A stretch of DNA of 64,000 nucleotides from Alphaproteobacteria bacterium (GTDB taxonomy: Bacteria; Pseudomonadota; Alphaproteobacteria; SHVV01), in the NCBI GenBank assembly GCA_965261735.1, contig OZ253470.1:4544001-4608000 (forward strand). The letters are read 5' to 3'. The notes under the pieces are model-generated. The model was not told where the DNA came from. It did not search any database and saw nothing but the letters and a program-made list of their open reading frames with translations. The translations under genes and the position numbers were made by a program. This document shows positions 21,149 to 33,052 of the stretch, in pieces (position 1 is the stretch's first letter; every line of letters starts with the position of its first letter).

Positions 21149-21814
21149 ATGAGGCGGCCCGCGAACTGGCTGCGCCTCGCCATCGCGGTGGCCCTCGCCG
21201 GCGCGATCATCTGGGTGCTCACCGGCAACACCGAGATCGACCCCGCCGCCATCGAGCGCCGCGTCGAGGCTCTCGGTGTGTGGGCCCCGGTGGGCTTCGT
21301 CGCCTTCTACGGGGTAGCGGCGGTGCTGTTTCTGCCGGGCCTCGTCATGGCATTGGCCGGCGGCGCCCTGTTCGGCCCGGTGTGGGGCGTCGTCTACAAC
21401 GCCGCCGGCGCCATCGTGGGTGCCACGCTCGCCTTCCTCGTGGCGCGCTACCTCGCCGGCGACTGGGTGCGCCGCCTCACGCACGGCTGGCTGCGCCAGA
21501 TCATCAACGGGGTCGATGCGGAGGGTTGGCGCTTCGTCGCCTTCGTGCGCCTGGTGCCGCTGTTTCCCTTCAACCTGCTCAACTACGCGCTCGGCCTCAC
21601 CGGCATCCCCTTGCGCGCTTACGTGCTCGCGTCGCTCGTGTGCATGCTGCCCGGCACGATCGCCTTTACCTGGCTCGGCTACGCCGGGCGCGAGGCGGCA
21701 GTCGGCGGCAGAGACCTGGAAGACCTGATCTGGTACGGGCTGATCGCGCTCGGCCTCATCGCCCTCGTCGCCCTCCTGCCACGCCTGGTACGCCGCATCC
21801 GCACCCGCCGCTGA
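21149..21814 (+). CDS. TVP38/TMEM64 (VTT/DedA-superfamily) membrane protein
   Basis: GALFGPVWG and RLVPLFPFNLLNYALG motifs. Confidence 0.9.
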   Translation: MRRPANWLRLAIAVALAGAIIWVLTGNTEIDPAAIERRVEALGVWAPVGFVAFYGVAAVLFLPGLVMALAGGALFGPVWGVVYNAAGAIVGATLAFLVARYLAGDWVRRLTHGWLRQIINGVDAEGWRFVAFVRLVPLFPFNLLNYALGLTGIPLRAYVLASLVCMLPGTIAFTWLGYAGREAAVGGRDLEDLIWYGLIALGLIALVALLPRLVRRIRTRR

Positions 21815-21988
21815 GCCCGCGGGCGGGGCTTGAGGCCCCGGCCCGCACGGGAGCAACCTCCGGCAGCATCTCGCCACTCCCTTTTGCCTCTTTGCAATAC
21901 GAAACGAAGTATATCTTGACATATAACGATTCAAAAAAGTACCACTCCATACCATACGCACCACCCAGCAGGAAAGGCGATACGTCAG

Positions 21989-22666
21989 ATGAAAGAGGAA
22001 TCGGCCCCTCGCCTGGACGGTCGAGGACGACACGGTCTACCAGCACCTACACAAACATGAGGGCTGGGTGTCGCACATGTATCTCGACACCGAGGGCAAG
22101 GTCACCGTCGGCATGGGTCACCAGATTGCCGAGGAAGCGGATGTCGTGGCGCTGCCCTTCCATCGGCGCATCCCGATGGGCGAGATGAAGCCGCTGGTGT
22201 ACGCGGACGCCGACGACAAGCGGCGGGCCTGGCGCGCCGTTCGCGAGCGGCAGGACCTCAAGGGAAGTGACCACACCAAGTTCAAGGAACTGACGCGCCT
22301 CGACCTGTCGGACGGCGAGATTTGGACACTAGCGATGAACGATATCGAGGAGGTCGGCAAGCAGCTGCGACACTCCGGGCGTTTCGCCAAGATGTCCACC
22401 TACCCGCGTGCAGCCCAGCTTGGCCTGTACAACATGGGGTACAATCTGGGCGTGCACCAGCTTGTCGACGAGTTCGTGAAATTCACCCCCGCCGTGCAGC
22501 ACCGCGACTGGAAGGTGGCAGCGGCGGAATCACACCGCCTACAGCCGAGCGAGGAGCGCACCAGGCGGTGCGCGAGATGTTCGAGAAGGCGCTGAAGCAG
22601 GAGCCGTTCTTCGTCCACCCGACGTGCAAGAAGCCCCTGAAGACGCTGCACAGCCGCGGGCGCTAG
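21989..22666 (+). pseudogene. T4-type (GH24-like) lysozyme, apparently frameshifted near 21995 and 22560
   Basis: HEGWVSHMYLDTEGKVTVGMGH gives E-x8-D-x5-T. NMGYNLG and DWKVAAAES resemble T4 lysozyme helices. Confidence 0.72.
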
Positions 22667-22902
22667 TAATAGCCCAGGACTTCGGCGTCCAGACACGACT
22701 TGCCGCTGTCGCCGCGATAGCCGTAAGCGTCGATGACGCGGAGCACCGCGCCCTCGACGAGCAGATGCGGGCCAAGACAACAAGCCTGCGCGCGGACCTC
22801 GATCTCGACCGGCTCGCCGGGTAGCCCGCCTCCGCTCCTCCGAAACGCGCCTCCGGACCGCGCGTTCCGCTATAGTTGGCGGGTTTCGAGGACTAGCTCG
22901 CC

Positions 22903-24360
<1,458 letters not shown>

Positions 24361-24369
24361 GCCCGCGCC

Positions 24370-26292
24370 ATGATCATCGCCACCGCCGGTCACATCGACC
24401 ACGGCAAGACGCTGTTGATCAAGGCCCTGACCGGGATCGATACCGATCGCCTGCCGGAGGAAAAACGGCGCGAGATGACGATCGATCTCGGCTTCGCCTA
24501 CCTCCCGCTCGCCGGCGATCGCTCGATCGCGTTTATCGACGTGCCCGGGCACGAGCGCTTCATCCGCAACATGCTGTGCGGCGTTGCGGCGATCGACTTC
24601 GTTCTGCTGGTGGTCGCCGCTGACGACGGGCCGATGCCACAGACCGAGGAGCATCTCGCCATCCTCGACCTGCTGGGGGTCGAGCGCGGCGCCGTCGCGC
24701 TGACCAAAACCGACCGCGTCGATCAGGCCCGCATCGCCGTCGTGAGCGACGCTATTCTCAACCGCCTCGGGCGCACCACCCTGGCGCAAGCCCCGGTGTT
24801 CGCCGTCTCGGCAGCCACCGGTGCCAGCGTCGAGGCGCTCAAGGCGCACCTCATGGCGATCGCCTCCGAGTGGCAGGCTCGGAAGGTCGAGGGCCGCTTC
24901 CGGCTCGCCGTCGATCGCTGCTTTCACGTTGTCGGTGCCGGCGTCGTGGCCACCGGCACCGCGTTCGCGGGCGCACTCACGGTCGGCGATGAGGTTCGCC
25001 TACTATCGAGCGAGCGCACGCTCCGCGTTCGCGGTATCCACGCCAACAACCGTCGGGCCGAGACGTGCCAAGCCGGGCAACGCTGCGCTCTCAACCTGTC
25101 GGGCCCGGGGTTGTCGAAGGACGCCGTCAGCAGGGGCGACTGGATCGTCGCCGGCGCCGCGGCGCCTCCGATGCGCAAGATCGACGCCACACTTCGGGTC
25201 ATCGCCGGGGAGCGTCGGCCCCTCGCCCATTGGACGCCGGTACACGTGCACCTCGCGGCCGCCGAGGCCACGGGCCGCATCGCCCTTCTCGAGGGCCGCG
25301 CCCTCGCGCCCGGCCAGTCCGGCCTCATTCAGCTCCGCCTCGACCGCGCCATCGGGGCCTGTCACGGCGACCGCCTGATCGTGCGCGATCAATCGGCGCG
25401 CCGGACGATTGGCGGCGGCAGGGTGGTGGACATCTTCCCGCCCGCGCGAGGACGCGCGAGGCCCGGCCGGCTGGCGGCGCTCGCGGTCATGGAGGCGGCG
25501 GACCCGGGGGCCGCGCTCGCCGGCCTGCTTGCACTGGAGGCGCAGGGCGTCGACCTGGCGTACTTCGAGGCCGCCCGCAACTTGACACCGGATGAGGCGG
25601 CGGCGCTCTACGTCCGTATCCCGTGCCACCGAATCGAAGCCGGGCGGGCGCACCGCGGCTTCGCGCCCGACCACTGGAAGCGATTGCGCCAGGGCGCCCT
25701 CGACCTGGTCGCGCGCCACCACAGCGAGTCGCCGGCCAGTCGGGGCCTCGCGCCCGTCCGCTTGGTGACGAAAGCGCTGCAGCGGCTCGCGCCGGAAACG
25801 GGCCCGGCCCTCGCGGACGAGCTTGTGGCGCAGGGCGAGCTCGTCCGCGAGGGCGCCCTACTGCGGCTTCCGACCCACCAGCAGGCGGTCGACCCGGCCG
25901 AAGCGGCCTTGTGGGAACGCGTCGCCTCGTGCCTCGATGCGGCGGGCCTCGGGCCGCCGACCGTGCACGACCTCGCGGCGGCGCTCGGCGAAGAACCGGC
26001 AAAACTCGAGCGCCTTCTCGGCCGCGGTGGGCGCAAGGCGGTCGCGATCCGCGTCGGTACCAACCGCTTCTTTCGACCTGCCGCGCTTCAACAGCTCGGC
26101 GTGATCGCGGAAACGCTGGCGGCCGAGGCACCGGACGGCCTCTTCACCGCGAGGGTCTTCCGCGACCGCGCCAAGATCGGGCGCAACCTGACGATCGAGG
26201 TGCTCGAATATTTCGATGGCAGGAGGTTTACGCGGCGCGTCGGCGACGCGCGCAAGGTCCTACGCCCCCTCGGCGACCTCTTTTCAGGATGA
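24370..26292 (+). CDS. selB: selenocysteine-specific elongation factor
   Basis: [18 protein letters not shown] and C-terminal winged helix ([11 protein letters not shown]...TRRVGD). Confidence 0.97.
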   Translation: MIIATAGHIDHGKTLLIKALTGIDTDRLPEEKRREMTIDLGFAYLPLAGDRSIAFIDVPGHERFIRNMLCGVAAIDFVLLVVAADDGPMPQTEEHLAILDLLGVERGAVALTKTDRVDQARIAVVSDAILNRLGRTTLAQAPVFAVSAATGASVEALKAHLMAIASEWQARKVEGRFRLAVDRCFHVVGAGVVATGTAFAGALTVGDEVRLLSSERTLRVRGIHANNRRAETCQAGQRCALNLSGPGLSKDAVSRGDWIVAGAAAPPMRKIDATLRVIAGERRPLAHWTPVHVHLAAAEATGRIALLEGRALAPGQSGLIQLRLDRAIGACHGDRLIVRDQSARRTIGGGRVVDIFPPARGRARPGRLAALAVMEAADPGAALAGLLALEAQGVDLAYFEAARNLTPDEAAALYVRIPCHRIEAGRAHRGFAPDHWKRLRQGALDLVARHHSESPASRGLAPVRLVTKALQRLAPETGPALADELVAQGELVREGALLRLPTHQQAVDPAEAALWERVASCLDAAGLGPPTVHDLAAALGEEPAKLERLLGRGGRKAVAIRVGTNRFFRPAALQQLGVIAETLAAEAPDGLFTARVFRDRAKIGRNLTIEVLEYFDGRRFTRRVGDARKVLRPLGDLFSG

Positions 26293-27509
26293 CCGAGGGA
26301 AAGGAACCGCCGCGCGCCGGCACGCGCTGGAGCGTCGTGGCGCTGGCGATATTCGCCGGTATTTTCGCCGCCATGCAGATCGGCAAGGTACCGCCGGCGA
26401 TGCCGGTGCTTGGCACGAGCCTAACCATGGGGCTGGCTGCGGTCGGATGGATCGCCTCCATCTTCAACGCCATCGGCGCGATCCTCGGGGTTCCGGCCGG
26501 CGCGCTGAGCGATGGACTGGGGCATCGCCGCGTACTCATGGCGAGCCTCGCGTTCATCGCGCTGGGAAGCCTGCTCGGCGGCCTGAGCGATGCCTTCGCG
26601 CCGCTGCTGTTGACCCGCCTGATCGAGGGTATCGGCTATCTCGGCATTATCGTGTCCGCACCCTCGCTGATTATCGAGGCCGCATTACCCAAGGATCACG
26701 CGCTCGCGCTGGGACTGTGGAGCACCTTCCTGCCGACGGGCTTCGCTCTCATGGTGGTGATCGCGCCGGCGTTCATCGAGACGGTGGGCTGGCCCGGCTT
26801 GTGGTTCCTGAACGCGGGCCTGATGGGCGCCTACCTGGTGCTCTTCTCGCTCGCCACGCGCAACGCGGCGGACCTACCCAATGCGCGCCCCGAGCCGCCG
26901 ACGGTCCGGCTCGGCCCCGCGTTCCGCGTCGCCACGCTGAAGGGGCCGCTGGTGCTGGCCCTGATCTTTGTCGCCTACGCGCTGCAGTGGTCCGGCCTCA
27001 GCAACTGGATGCCGACCTTTTTCGCGGCACAGGGCTATGGCCTCGGCCTCGCCGCGTTGCTCAGCGCGCTGGTCATCTTTATGAACGCGCCGGGAAACCT
27101 ACTGGGCGCCTGGCTGCTGCACCGTGGGGTATCGCGCTCGATCCTGGTCTCGGCGGGCACGCTGGCGATGGGAATCCTGGCCCTCGGGGTCTTTGGCGAT
27201 GCCGTGCCGGGCGTGGTCAAGTTTTGGCTCGCGCTCGCCTTCTCGCTGCTCGGCGGCGTCGTTCCGCCGGCCGTCGTCGGCGCCGTGCCGAGCCAAGCGC
27301 CGAGCCCGTCGCAGGTCGGCGCAGTCAATGGTCTGGTGATGCAGGGCAACAACATCGGCTTTCTGCTTGGGGCTCCGCTCGTCGGCGCCACGGTCACCCT
27401 CACGGGCGGCTGGCAGGCGACGGGATGGCTGGTGCTGCTGGTGGGCACCTGCGGGTTTCTCCTGGGGCTCGTGTTCAGGCGAATCGACAGGACGCTACCC
27501 ACGGCCTGA
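26289..27509 (+). CDS. MFS transporter (CynX/NimT-like)
   Basis: About 12 hydrophobic helices, QIGKVPPAMP and G.LSD.LGHRR; ATGA overlap with selB. Confidence 0.88.
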   Translation: MTEGKEPPRAGTRWSVVALAIFAGIFAAMQIGKVPPAMPVLGTSLTMGLAAVGWIASIFNAIGAILGVPAGALSDGLGHRRVLMASLAFIALGSLLGGLSDAFAPLLLTRLIEGIGYLGIIVSAPSLIIEAALPKDHALALGLWSTFLPTGFALMVVIAPAFIETVGWPGLWFLNAGLMGAYLVLFSLATRNAADLPNARPEPPTVRLGPAFRVATLKGPLVLALIFVAYALQWSGLSNWMPTFFAAQGYGLGLAALLSALVIFMNAPGNLLGAWLLHRGVSRSILVSAGTLAMGILALGVFGDAVPGVVKFWLALAFSLLGGVVPPAVVGAVPSQAPSPSQVGAVNGLVMQGNNIGFLLGAPLVGATVTLTGGWQATGWLVLLVGTCGFLLGLVFRRIDRTLPTA

Positions 27510-27535
27510 GCCGGACGGGGTTCCGCGCGGGTGCG

Positions 27536-28489
27536 ATGGTGGTGCAGGAAGTGAGAGCCGGCGCGGCTCCGGCCTATTTCAGGCCCCGGCGCCTGGGGCA
27601 TGCCAATCTGTGGGTCGACGACCTCAAGAAGTCCCAAGCCTTCTACAACAGAGTGTGCGGCTTCACGGTCGAGTTTTGGGAACCCGATCTGGTCGCGACC
27701 TTTCTTGGCACGGGCAACACGCCGCACGATATCGGCATGATCGAGACCACCGGCGGCAAGGCCCGCTACGGTCGCGACGGCCTATTGCAGATTCCCGAGG
27801 GCGTTGGGGTGAGCCGTGGGCTCGGCCATTTGGCGTGGGAGCTCGACAACGAGGCCGACCTCGTCGAGGCCTACAAGAGGGCCGAAGCGGACGGGATCGA
27901 GACTGACATGACGGTCGACCACCAGGTAGCCCACAGCGTCTACATGTTCGACCCCGACATGAACTACATCGAGTTCTACTGCGATACGGTGCGCGAGTGG
28001 CGCACGGTGATCCAGGGCGAGATGGCGCTCATCACCGGGCAGTGGACGCCCGGCGAAACCGAGCCTTTCACGGAGTCACGCTGCGAGACGGACCCCGAAC
28101 TCCGGGTCGTCGATGAGGCCCTTATCCACCCGCGGCGGATCACCCACACCGTACTCCTGACCGACGATGTCGAGCGGCTCGCGGCCTTCTACAGCAATGT
28201 CCACGCCGGCTATCGATACCACTTGGCGATCAGCAAGACGGGCGCCGGTGCGAGCGCGGGATACCACCACGCCGCCTTCGAGCTCGCCGAAGAGGTGGCG
28301 GTCGAGGCCGCGGAGCGGAGGTGCCGCGACGCCGGTATCGAGGTCGAGAAGACCATCGATCATCCCTCGAAGCGGAGCTTTTTTGTGATCGATCCGGACG
28401 GCCTGCGGAGCGAATACTACGTCCGCCGCAGCGACGCGTTCTCCGATCTCACCGAGGCGGCACCGGAGTTGCGCGCGTTTCTGGTCTAG
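27536..28489 (+). CDS. two-domain VOC protein, extradiol dioxygenase-like
   Basis: RRLGHANL, HDIG, LGHLAWE, DHQVAHSVYMFDPD.N.IE; second module has HHAAFE..DPDG. Confidence 0.8.
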   Translation: MVVQEVRAGAAPAYFRPRRLGHANLWVDDLKKSQAFYNRVCGFTVEFWEPDLVATFLGTGNTPHDIGMIETTGGKARYGRDGLLQIPEGVGVSRGLGHLAWELDNEADLVEAYKRAEADGIETDMTVDHQVAHSVYMFDPDMNYIEFYCDTVREWRTVIQGEMALITGQWTPGETEPFTESRCETDPELRVVDEALIHPRRITHTVLLTDDVERLAAFYSNVHAGYRYHLAISKTGAGASAGYHHAAFELAEEVAVEAAERRCRDAGIEVEKTIDHPSKRSFFVIDPDGLRSEYYVRRSDAFSDLTEAAPELRAFLV

Positions 28490-28508
28490 CAGGCTGCTGA
28501 AAAAGTCA

Positions 28509-28670
28509 TCATTGCCGGGCCTTGAACTCGGATTCATCGCCGAAATGAAATGAGATTTCGTGTCTTAGGGTGAAACCGTCTTCAATCTCGACCGATCCGA
28601 TGCCCTGGGCTTCGTCCAGTTCGATGATCTGCCACTTTGCGGTCAGCGGCGTGCCGGCATCGCCCGTCAT
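28509..28670 (-). CDS. small passenger ORF/remnant inside the IS5 element
   Basis: 53 aa, ATGA-coupled to the transposase stop; ends just inside the IR. Confidence 0.4.
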   Translation of the reverse strand: MTGDAGTPLTAKWQIIELDEAQGIGSVEIEDGFTLRHEISFHFGDESEFKARQ

Positions 28671-29788
28671 GTTGGCGCCTCCGCCAGCAGTCTGGGTAGT
28701 CGGACGAGGTTGTAGGCGGCCAAGGCCAGGGTGAACGAAGCGTCGACCCGGTGGCGGCCCCGGAATTTGGTCTTGCTCAATCCCGCGCTCGTCTTGACCC
28801 AGCCGAAGACCTCCTCGATGCGCTTGCGGCAACGTTGGCTGACGCCGTAACCGGGATGGCGCGTCGTGCGCCCGTCTATCTTGGTCTTGCGCCGCTTGCC
28901 GGTCTTGGTGACGTGGTCCTGGACGGCGATATGGGGGGTCACCTTGCGGTGCCGCAGTTCCTCGACAAAATCCGCGACGTCAAAACCCTTGTCCCCGCCC
29001 ACCGTGATCCGACGCCGCCCGCCTCTACTCTCCACCGGGCGATGCCTGTCGATCAGATCAAGGGCGGCTTCGCGTTCCGCCGTGCCCGACGCAATGGTCA
29101 CGCCGCCGCCGACTGCCAGACCATGGCGGTTCTCCGTCAGCGCATGGCCCATGTAACACAGCTTGCTTTCCCGGCCATTACCCTTGCGATAAAGCCGGGC
29201 GTCCGGATCAGTGGTGCTTGCATGGGTCGCGTTCGAGCGTTTCTCGCCATGAAAATCCCGCGCGGCGTTGCGCCCCGATCCCCCGTCGCCATCGTCCTCA
29301 CCTTTGGGACGAAAGCTCTTCATCGACGCCCAGGCCTCGATCAATGTTCCGTCTACCGAAAAATGATCCCGGCTCAATAGTCCCCCTACCTTGTGGTGCT
29401 GGATAACCCCCGCAAGCAGCTGCCCCGAAACCTCCGCCTCCAGAAGACGGTCCCGGTTGTGGCAGAACGCGCTGGCGTCCCACACGCCATCGTCCAGCCC
29501 AAGCCCCACAAACCAGCAAAACAGCATGTTGAAGTTTAGCTGCTCCATCAGCTGACGCTCCGAGCGGATCGAATAAAACGCTTGCAACAGTAACGCTCGA
29601 AGAAGCCTCTCCGGCGGGATCGATGGGCGACCCATGTGGGAATAAAGCGTCTCGAACTCCGAAGATAGAGACCCCAATACGTCGTTCACGATCTCACGGA
29701 TCAGACGCAGCGGATGATCATCCGGAACACGCTCTTCCAAGTCTACGTAGCTGAATAAATTGCCACTGCTTTGATCTCGACCCCGCAT
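28667..29788 (-). CDS. IS5-family transposase
   Basis: GRPSIPPE, FSVDGTLIEAWAS, GGDKGFD and RKRIEEVFGW motifs. Confidence 0.93.
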   Translation of the reverse strand: MRGRDQSSGNLFSYVDLEERVPDDHPLRLIREIVNDVLGSLSSEFETLYSHMGRPSIPPERLLRALLLQAFYSIRSERQLMEQLNFNMLFCWFVGLGLDDGVWDASAFCHNRDRLLEAEVSGQLLAGVIQHHKVGGLLSRDHFSVDGTLIEAWASMKSFRPKGEDDGDGGSGRNAARDFHGEKRSNATHASTTDPDARLYRKGNGRESKLCYMGHALTENRHGLAVGGGVTIASGTAEREAALDLIDRHRPVESRGGRRRITVGGDKGFDVADFVEELRHRKVTPHIAVQDHVTKTGKRRKTKIDGRTTRHPGYGVSQRCRKRIEEVFGWVKTSAGLSKTKFRGRHRVDASFTLALAAYNLVRLPRLLAEAPT

Positions 29789-29886
29789 GCCATCCTCCAT
29801 CACTCGAAGGAATCACAGAATCATGTCACAACTGCAAAGGCGAGGACTTTTTCAGCAGCCTGCTAGTCCATGTAAGAGGAGCCGGG

Positions 29887-30317
29887 ATGGGCAACATCAA
29901 TCTCACACGGGTGATTTTGGGAGGCCTCCTCGCGGGCCTCGTGCTCAACATCGGCGAGTAATCTCTTGAACGAGCTCGTTCTCGGTGAGCAGTGGGCTGC
30001 CTTCAACGCGGAAAACGGAATGGGCGAGTTCAGCGCCGGGCAAGCCGCATCGTTCGCCATCATCACGCTCCTGTTCGGAGTCGTTCTGATTTGGATCTAT
30101 GCGGCGATAAGACCGCGTTTCGGGGCAGGACCGAGAACGGCAGTCGTCGCCGGGCTCACTGTGAGCCATCGGCTGGCTGCTGGTCGGTACCTCTTTCATC
30201 GGCACCGGCATTTTTCCGATGAGAATGATGGTGGCTTCGATCGCCTGGGGGCTGATTGAAGTGCCGATGGCCGCCATTGCCGGCGCCTGGTTGTACCAGG
30301 AGGGCGAACCCGCCTAG
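29887..30317 (+). pseudogene. small four-TM membrane protein, disrupted
   Basis: MGNINLTRVILGGLLAGLVLNIGE is followed by a stop/shift near 29960 and a second shift near 30165. Ends AIAGAWLYQEGEPA*. Confidence 0.7.
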
Positions 30318-31964
30318 GAGCGTGCGCCGCAGAAAGGTCCGCGCGGCAAAGTTGATAGCGGACGGGTTGTGGGTGGATTTGCGCAGGGGGAAGTATGATC
30401 CGATACGCCAGTTGCGTGTGGGAACTCCCGATGCCGACCACGTTTCGTGCCTACCAGCCGGACCAACCCTTGCTTTTGCCGCCGGACTTGCAGGAGTGGG
30501 TTTCCCCAGGGCACCTGGCTCATCACGTCAGCGATGTGGTCGATGCACTGGACTTGACGGCGTTCTATGCGCCCTACGAGGGGGACGGTCGACGCAACGC
30601 CCCCTACGAGCCGTCGATGATGGTCAAGGTGCTGATCTATGCCTACGCGACGGGCACATTCTCCTCGCGCGCGGTGGCGAGGAAGCTGGAGGAGGATGTA
30701 GCGTTTAGGATGCTCGCGGCGGGCAACTTCCCGCAACATCGCACGGTATGTGAGTTCCGACGCCGACATCTGGCGGAGTTCAGCGAGCTGTTTGTGGGGG
30801 TGGTGCAGGTGGCGCGCGAGATGGGACTGGCGCGGTTCGGCAAGCTCTCGGTCGACGGGACGAAGGTGCGAGCGAACGCGAGCAAGCGCAAGGCGATGAG
30901 CTATGAGCGGATGGGCAAAGAGGCGGCTCGCTTGCAGGCGGAGATCGAGGCGCTGCTGACGACGGCGGGGATGGTGGACGCCGAAGAAGACGAGCGTTGG
31001 GGCGAGGATTTCCGGGGCGACGAGTTGCCCGAGGAGTTGCAACGCAGGGAGAAGCGCCTGGCGGCGATCCAGGCAGCCAAAGCGCGTTTGGAGGCGGCGC
31101 AACGCGGGCGCGACGATGAGCGCGGGCGCGAGCCGGGGCAGGACCGCAATCCCCGGGGCGGGCGGCCTTACAAGCGGGCCTACGGCGAGCCCGAGCCGAA
31201 GGCGCAGAGCAATTTCACCGATCCCGAGAGCCAGATCATGAAGACCAGCAGCGAGGGGTTCCAGCAGTGCTACAACGCGCAGATGGCGGTCGATGGGGAG
31301 CACCAGATCATCGTCGCGACTCAGGTGGGGCCACAGGCCAGCGACCAGGGTCAGCTGGTGGGGATGCTCGACGAGATCAACGAGACGTTTGGGGTCGAGC
31401 CTGCGGTGGTACTGGCCGATGCGGGCTACTGCAACGAGCCGGATCTGTTGGAGCTGGAAGATCGCGGCATCGACGCGCACGTAGCGCTGGGGCGTGAAGG
31501 CAAGTCCCAGGTGGCGGTCGACCCGGCCCGGCTCCCTGCCACGCACCGCATGGGTGAGAAACTGGCGAGCCCCGCGGGCAAAGCCCGGTACGCGCAACGC
31601 AAGTGGCTCTCGGAGGCGCCGAACGGGTGGATCAAGGAGGTGCTCGGATTCCGACGATTCAGCCTGCGAGGCTTGGCGAAGGTGCGCGGCGAGTGGGACC
31701 TCGTGTGCTTGGCGTTGAACATCAAGCGGATGGGGACGGTGGCCACGTGCTGAGGCAGGTGCTGGCCTGCCAACGCACTTGATCCGGGGCGCGCAGTGCC
31801 CATCGACCGCGTATGAAACGCGAATCTCTTCCCTTCCGGCCTTCCGGTCTGGGATTTCCATCCCAGAGTCGGGCGGGCCAGATATCCACACTCGGGCCAA
31901 AATCCCACCTCTCCGGCGGCCGCGCGCCAATCGCCCAACATCAAAACTTCTACGGCGCACGCTC
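30318..31964 (+). mobile_element. IS1182-family element
   Basis: IR GAGCGTGCGCCG(C/T)AGAA. CTAG at 30314-30317 and 31965-31968. Confidence 0.92.
30431..31753 (+). CDS. IS1182 transposase
   Basis: SVDGTKVRANAS, NFTDPES, LADAGY and GFRRFSLRGL motifs. Confidence 0.93.
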   Translation: MPTTFRAYQPDQPLLLPPDLQEWVSPGHLAHHVSDVVDALDLTAFYAPYEGDGRRNAPYEPSMMVKVLIYAYATGTFSSRAVARKLEEDVAFRMLAAGNFPQHRTVCEFRRRHLAEFSELFVGVVQVAREMGLARFGKLSVDGTKVRANASKRKAMSYERMGKEAARLQAEIEALLTTAGMVDAEEDERWGEDFRGDELPEELQRREKRLAAIQAAKARLEAAQRGRDDERGREPGQDRNPRGGRPYKRAYGEPEPKAQSNFTDPESQIMKTSSEGFQQCYNAQMAVDGEHQIIVATQVGPQASDQGQLVGMLDEINETFGVEPAVVLADAGYCNEPDLLELEDRGIDAHVALGREGKSQVAVDPARLPATHRMGEKLASPAGKARYAQRKWLSEAPNGWIKEVLGFRRFSLRGLAKVRGEWDLVCLALNIKRMGTVATC

Positions 31965-31988
31965 CTAGGAGGACAGCTCTTCTAAACG

Positions 31989-33028
31989 TCAGCCGTACAC
32001 CGGCTCGAGCTGCGCGGCGCGCTCGGCGAGGTCCGGCGGGCCGACGATGGCGCCGTCCTTCACGACCTGCTCGCCGTCGATCCAGATCGACTGCCGCTTG
32101 ATGACGGCGTCGGGGTGGTTTTCGCCGCCGCCGGGTTGCCAAAACGGAATGCCGAGCCCGACCGCGTCGTTGCCGCGGGCGCGCGCGTCCTCGACGAACG
32201 ATGCACCGGTAAAGCGCGCCGCTGGGTGAATGCCGCAGGTGAAGTGGATGACGTGGCCGTAGTCTCCGCCGCCGGCCCGCCGCAACGCCCGGTCCATCAC
32301 CTCGCGCTCGCTGCCGCCGCCGCTGATGTCGTGAATCTTGCCGTCCACGCCGAGCGTCATCGGCTCGGCGAAGGCGGTGTAGTATTCATGAAACGCGGCG
32401 TCGACCCCGATGGCGCCGCGCACCGACTCCGGCTCGGGAAATATCGTCACCATCCCGGGGACGAAATAGAGGCCGGGTTTCTCGGCCCGGCGCGGCTTTC
32501 CGAACGCCGGTTTCGCGATCGTGAACGTGACCTCGGTGCCGGTGTCGTTGGTGATGCGGCATTGTCGACCGATCGCGCCGCCGACAACGGCATCGAAAGC
32601 GTGATGCACGGCGAAGAGCCGGTCGAGATCAACGCGCGCGAACAGCCGCACCATCCCTTCGGCGGTGAGATCGCTGGCCAGCAAATAGCGCGCGCGGCCG
32701 GGCGACATCGCCTCGTCGTGCGCCCGCGATCCCGCGATATAGGGGAACGTGAGTCGATCCACACCTCGCATTCCTTTGCCGCCGCGGCTAGCGGCGCCGG
32801 AATATACGGGTCGGCGAGCGCCCCCTGGAACGGGAGCCGCAGCATCACCACGAGGACCGGCTGGGCACCGAGCGCGCTGGCGCCATTCATAACCGCCTCG
32901 ACCACCGCGCGGTCGGACGCAGTGTCGGCGGTGATCAAAACGCTGGCGCCGCGCTCGACCGCGAGATAGTCGGCGAGAAGCACGTTCGCGGCGTGGGCCA
33001 GCTCCGGACCGACGGGCGAGGTCATCAT
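31989..33028 (-). pseudogene. M29-fold / NicX-like protein, paralog B, 1-nt frameshift near 32755
   Basis: Colinear with 33053-34093 once a C is restored in ATC GAC (C)TC ACG; IHFTCG and NHPD motifs. Confidence 0.8.
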
Positions 33029-33052
33029 GTCTCGTGTGCCAACTTCTGCGTC

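Larger units (their letters stand above)
28490..29862 (-). mobile_element. IS5-family element
   Basis: Perfect 18-bp IR CAGGCTGCTGAAAAAGTC. CTAG duplicated at 28486-28489 and 29863-29866. Confidence 0.92.

Noticed and set aside
21812-21846. UGA plus hairpin after the TVP38 gene as a possible SECIS
   Set aside because: The domain is complete, the downstream frame is not protein-like, and the hairpin fits a terminator-like stem.
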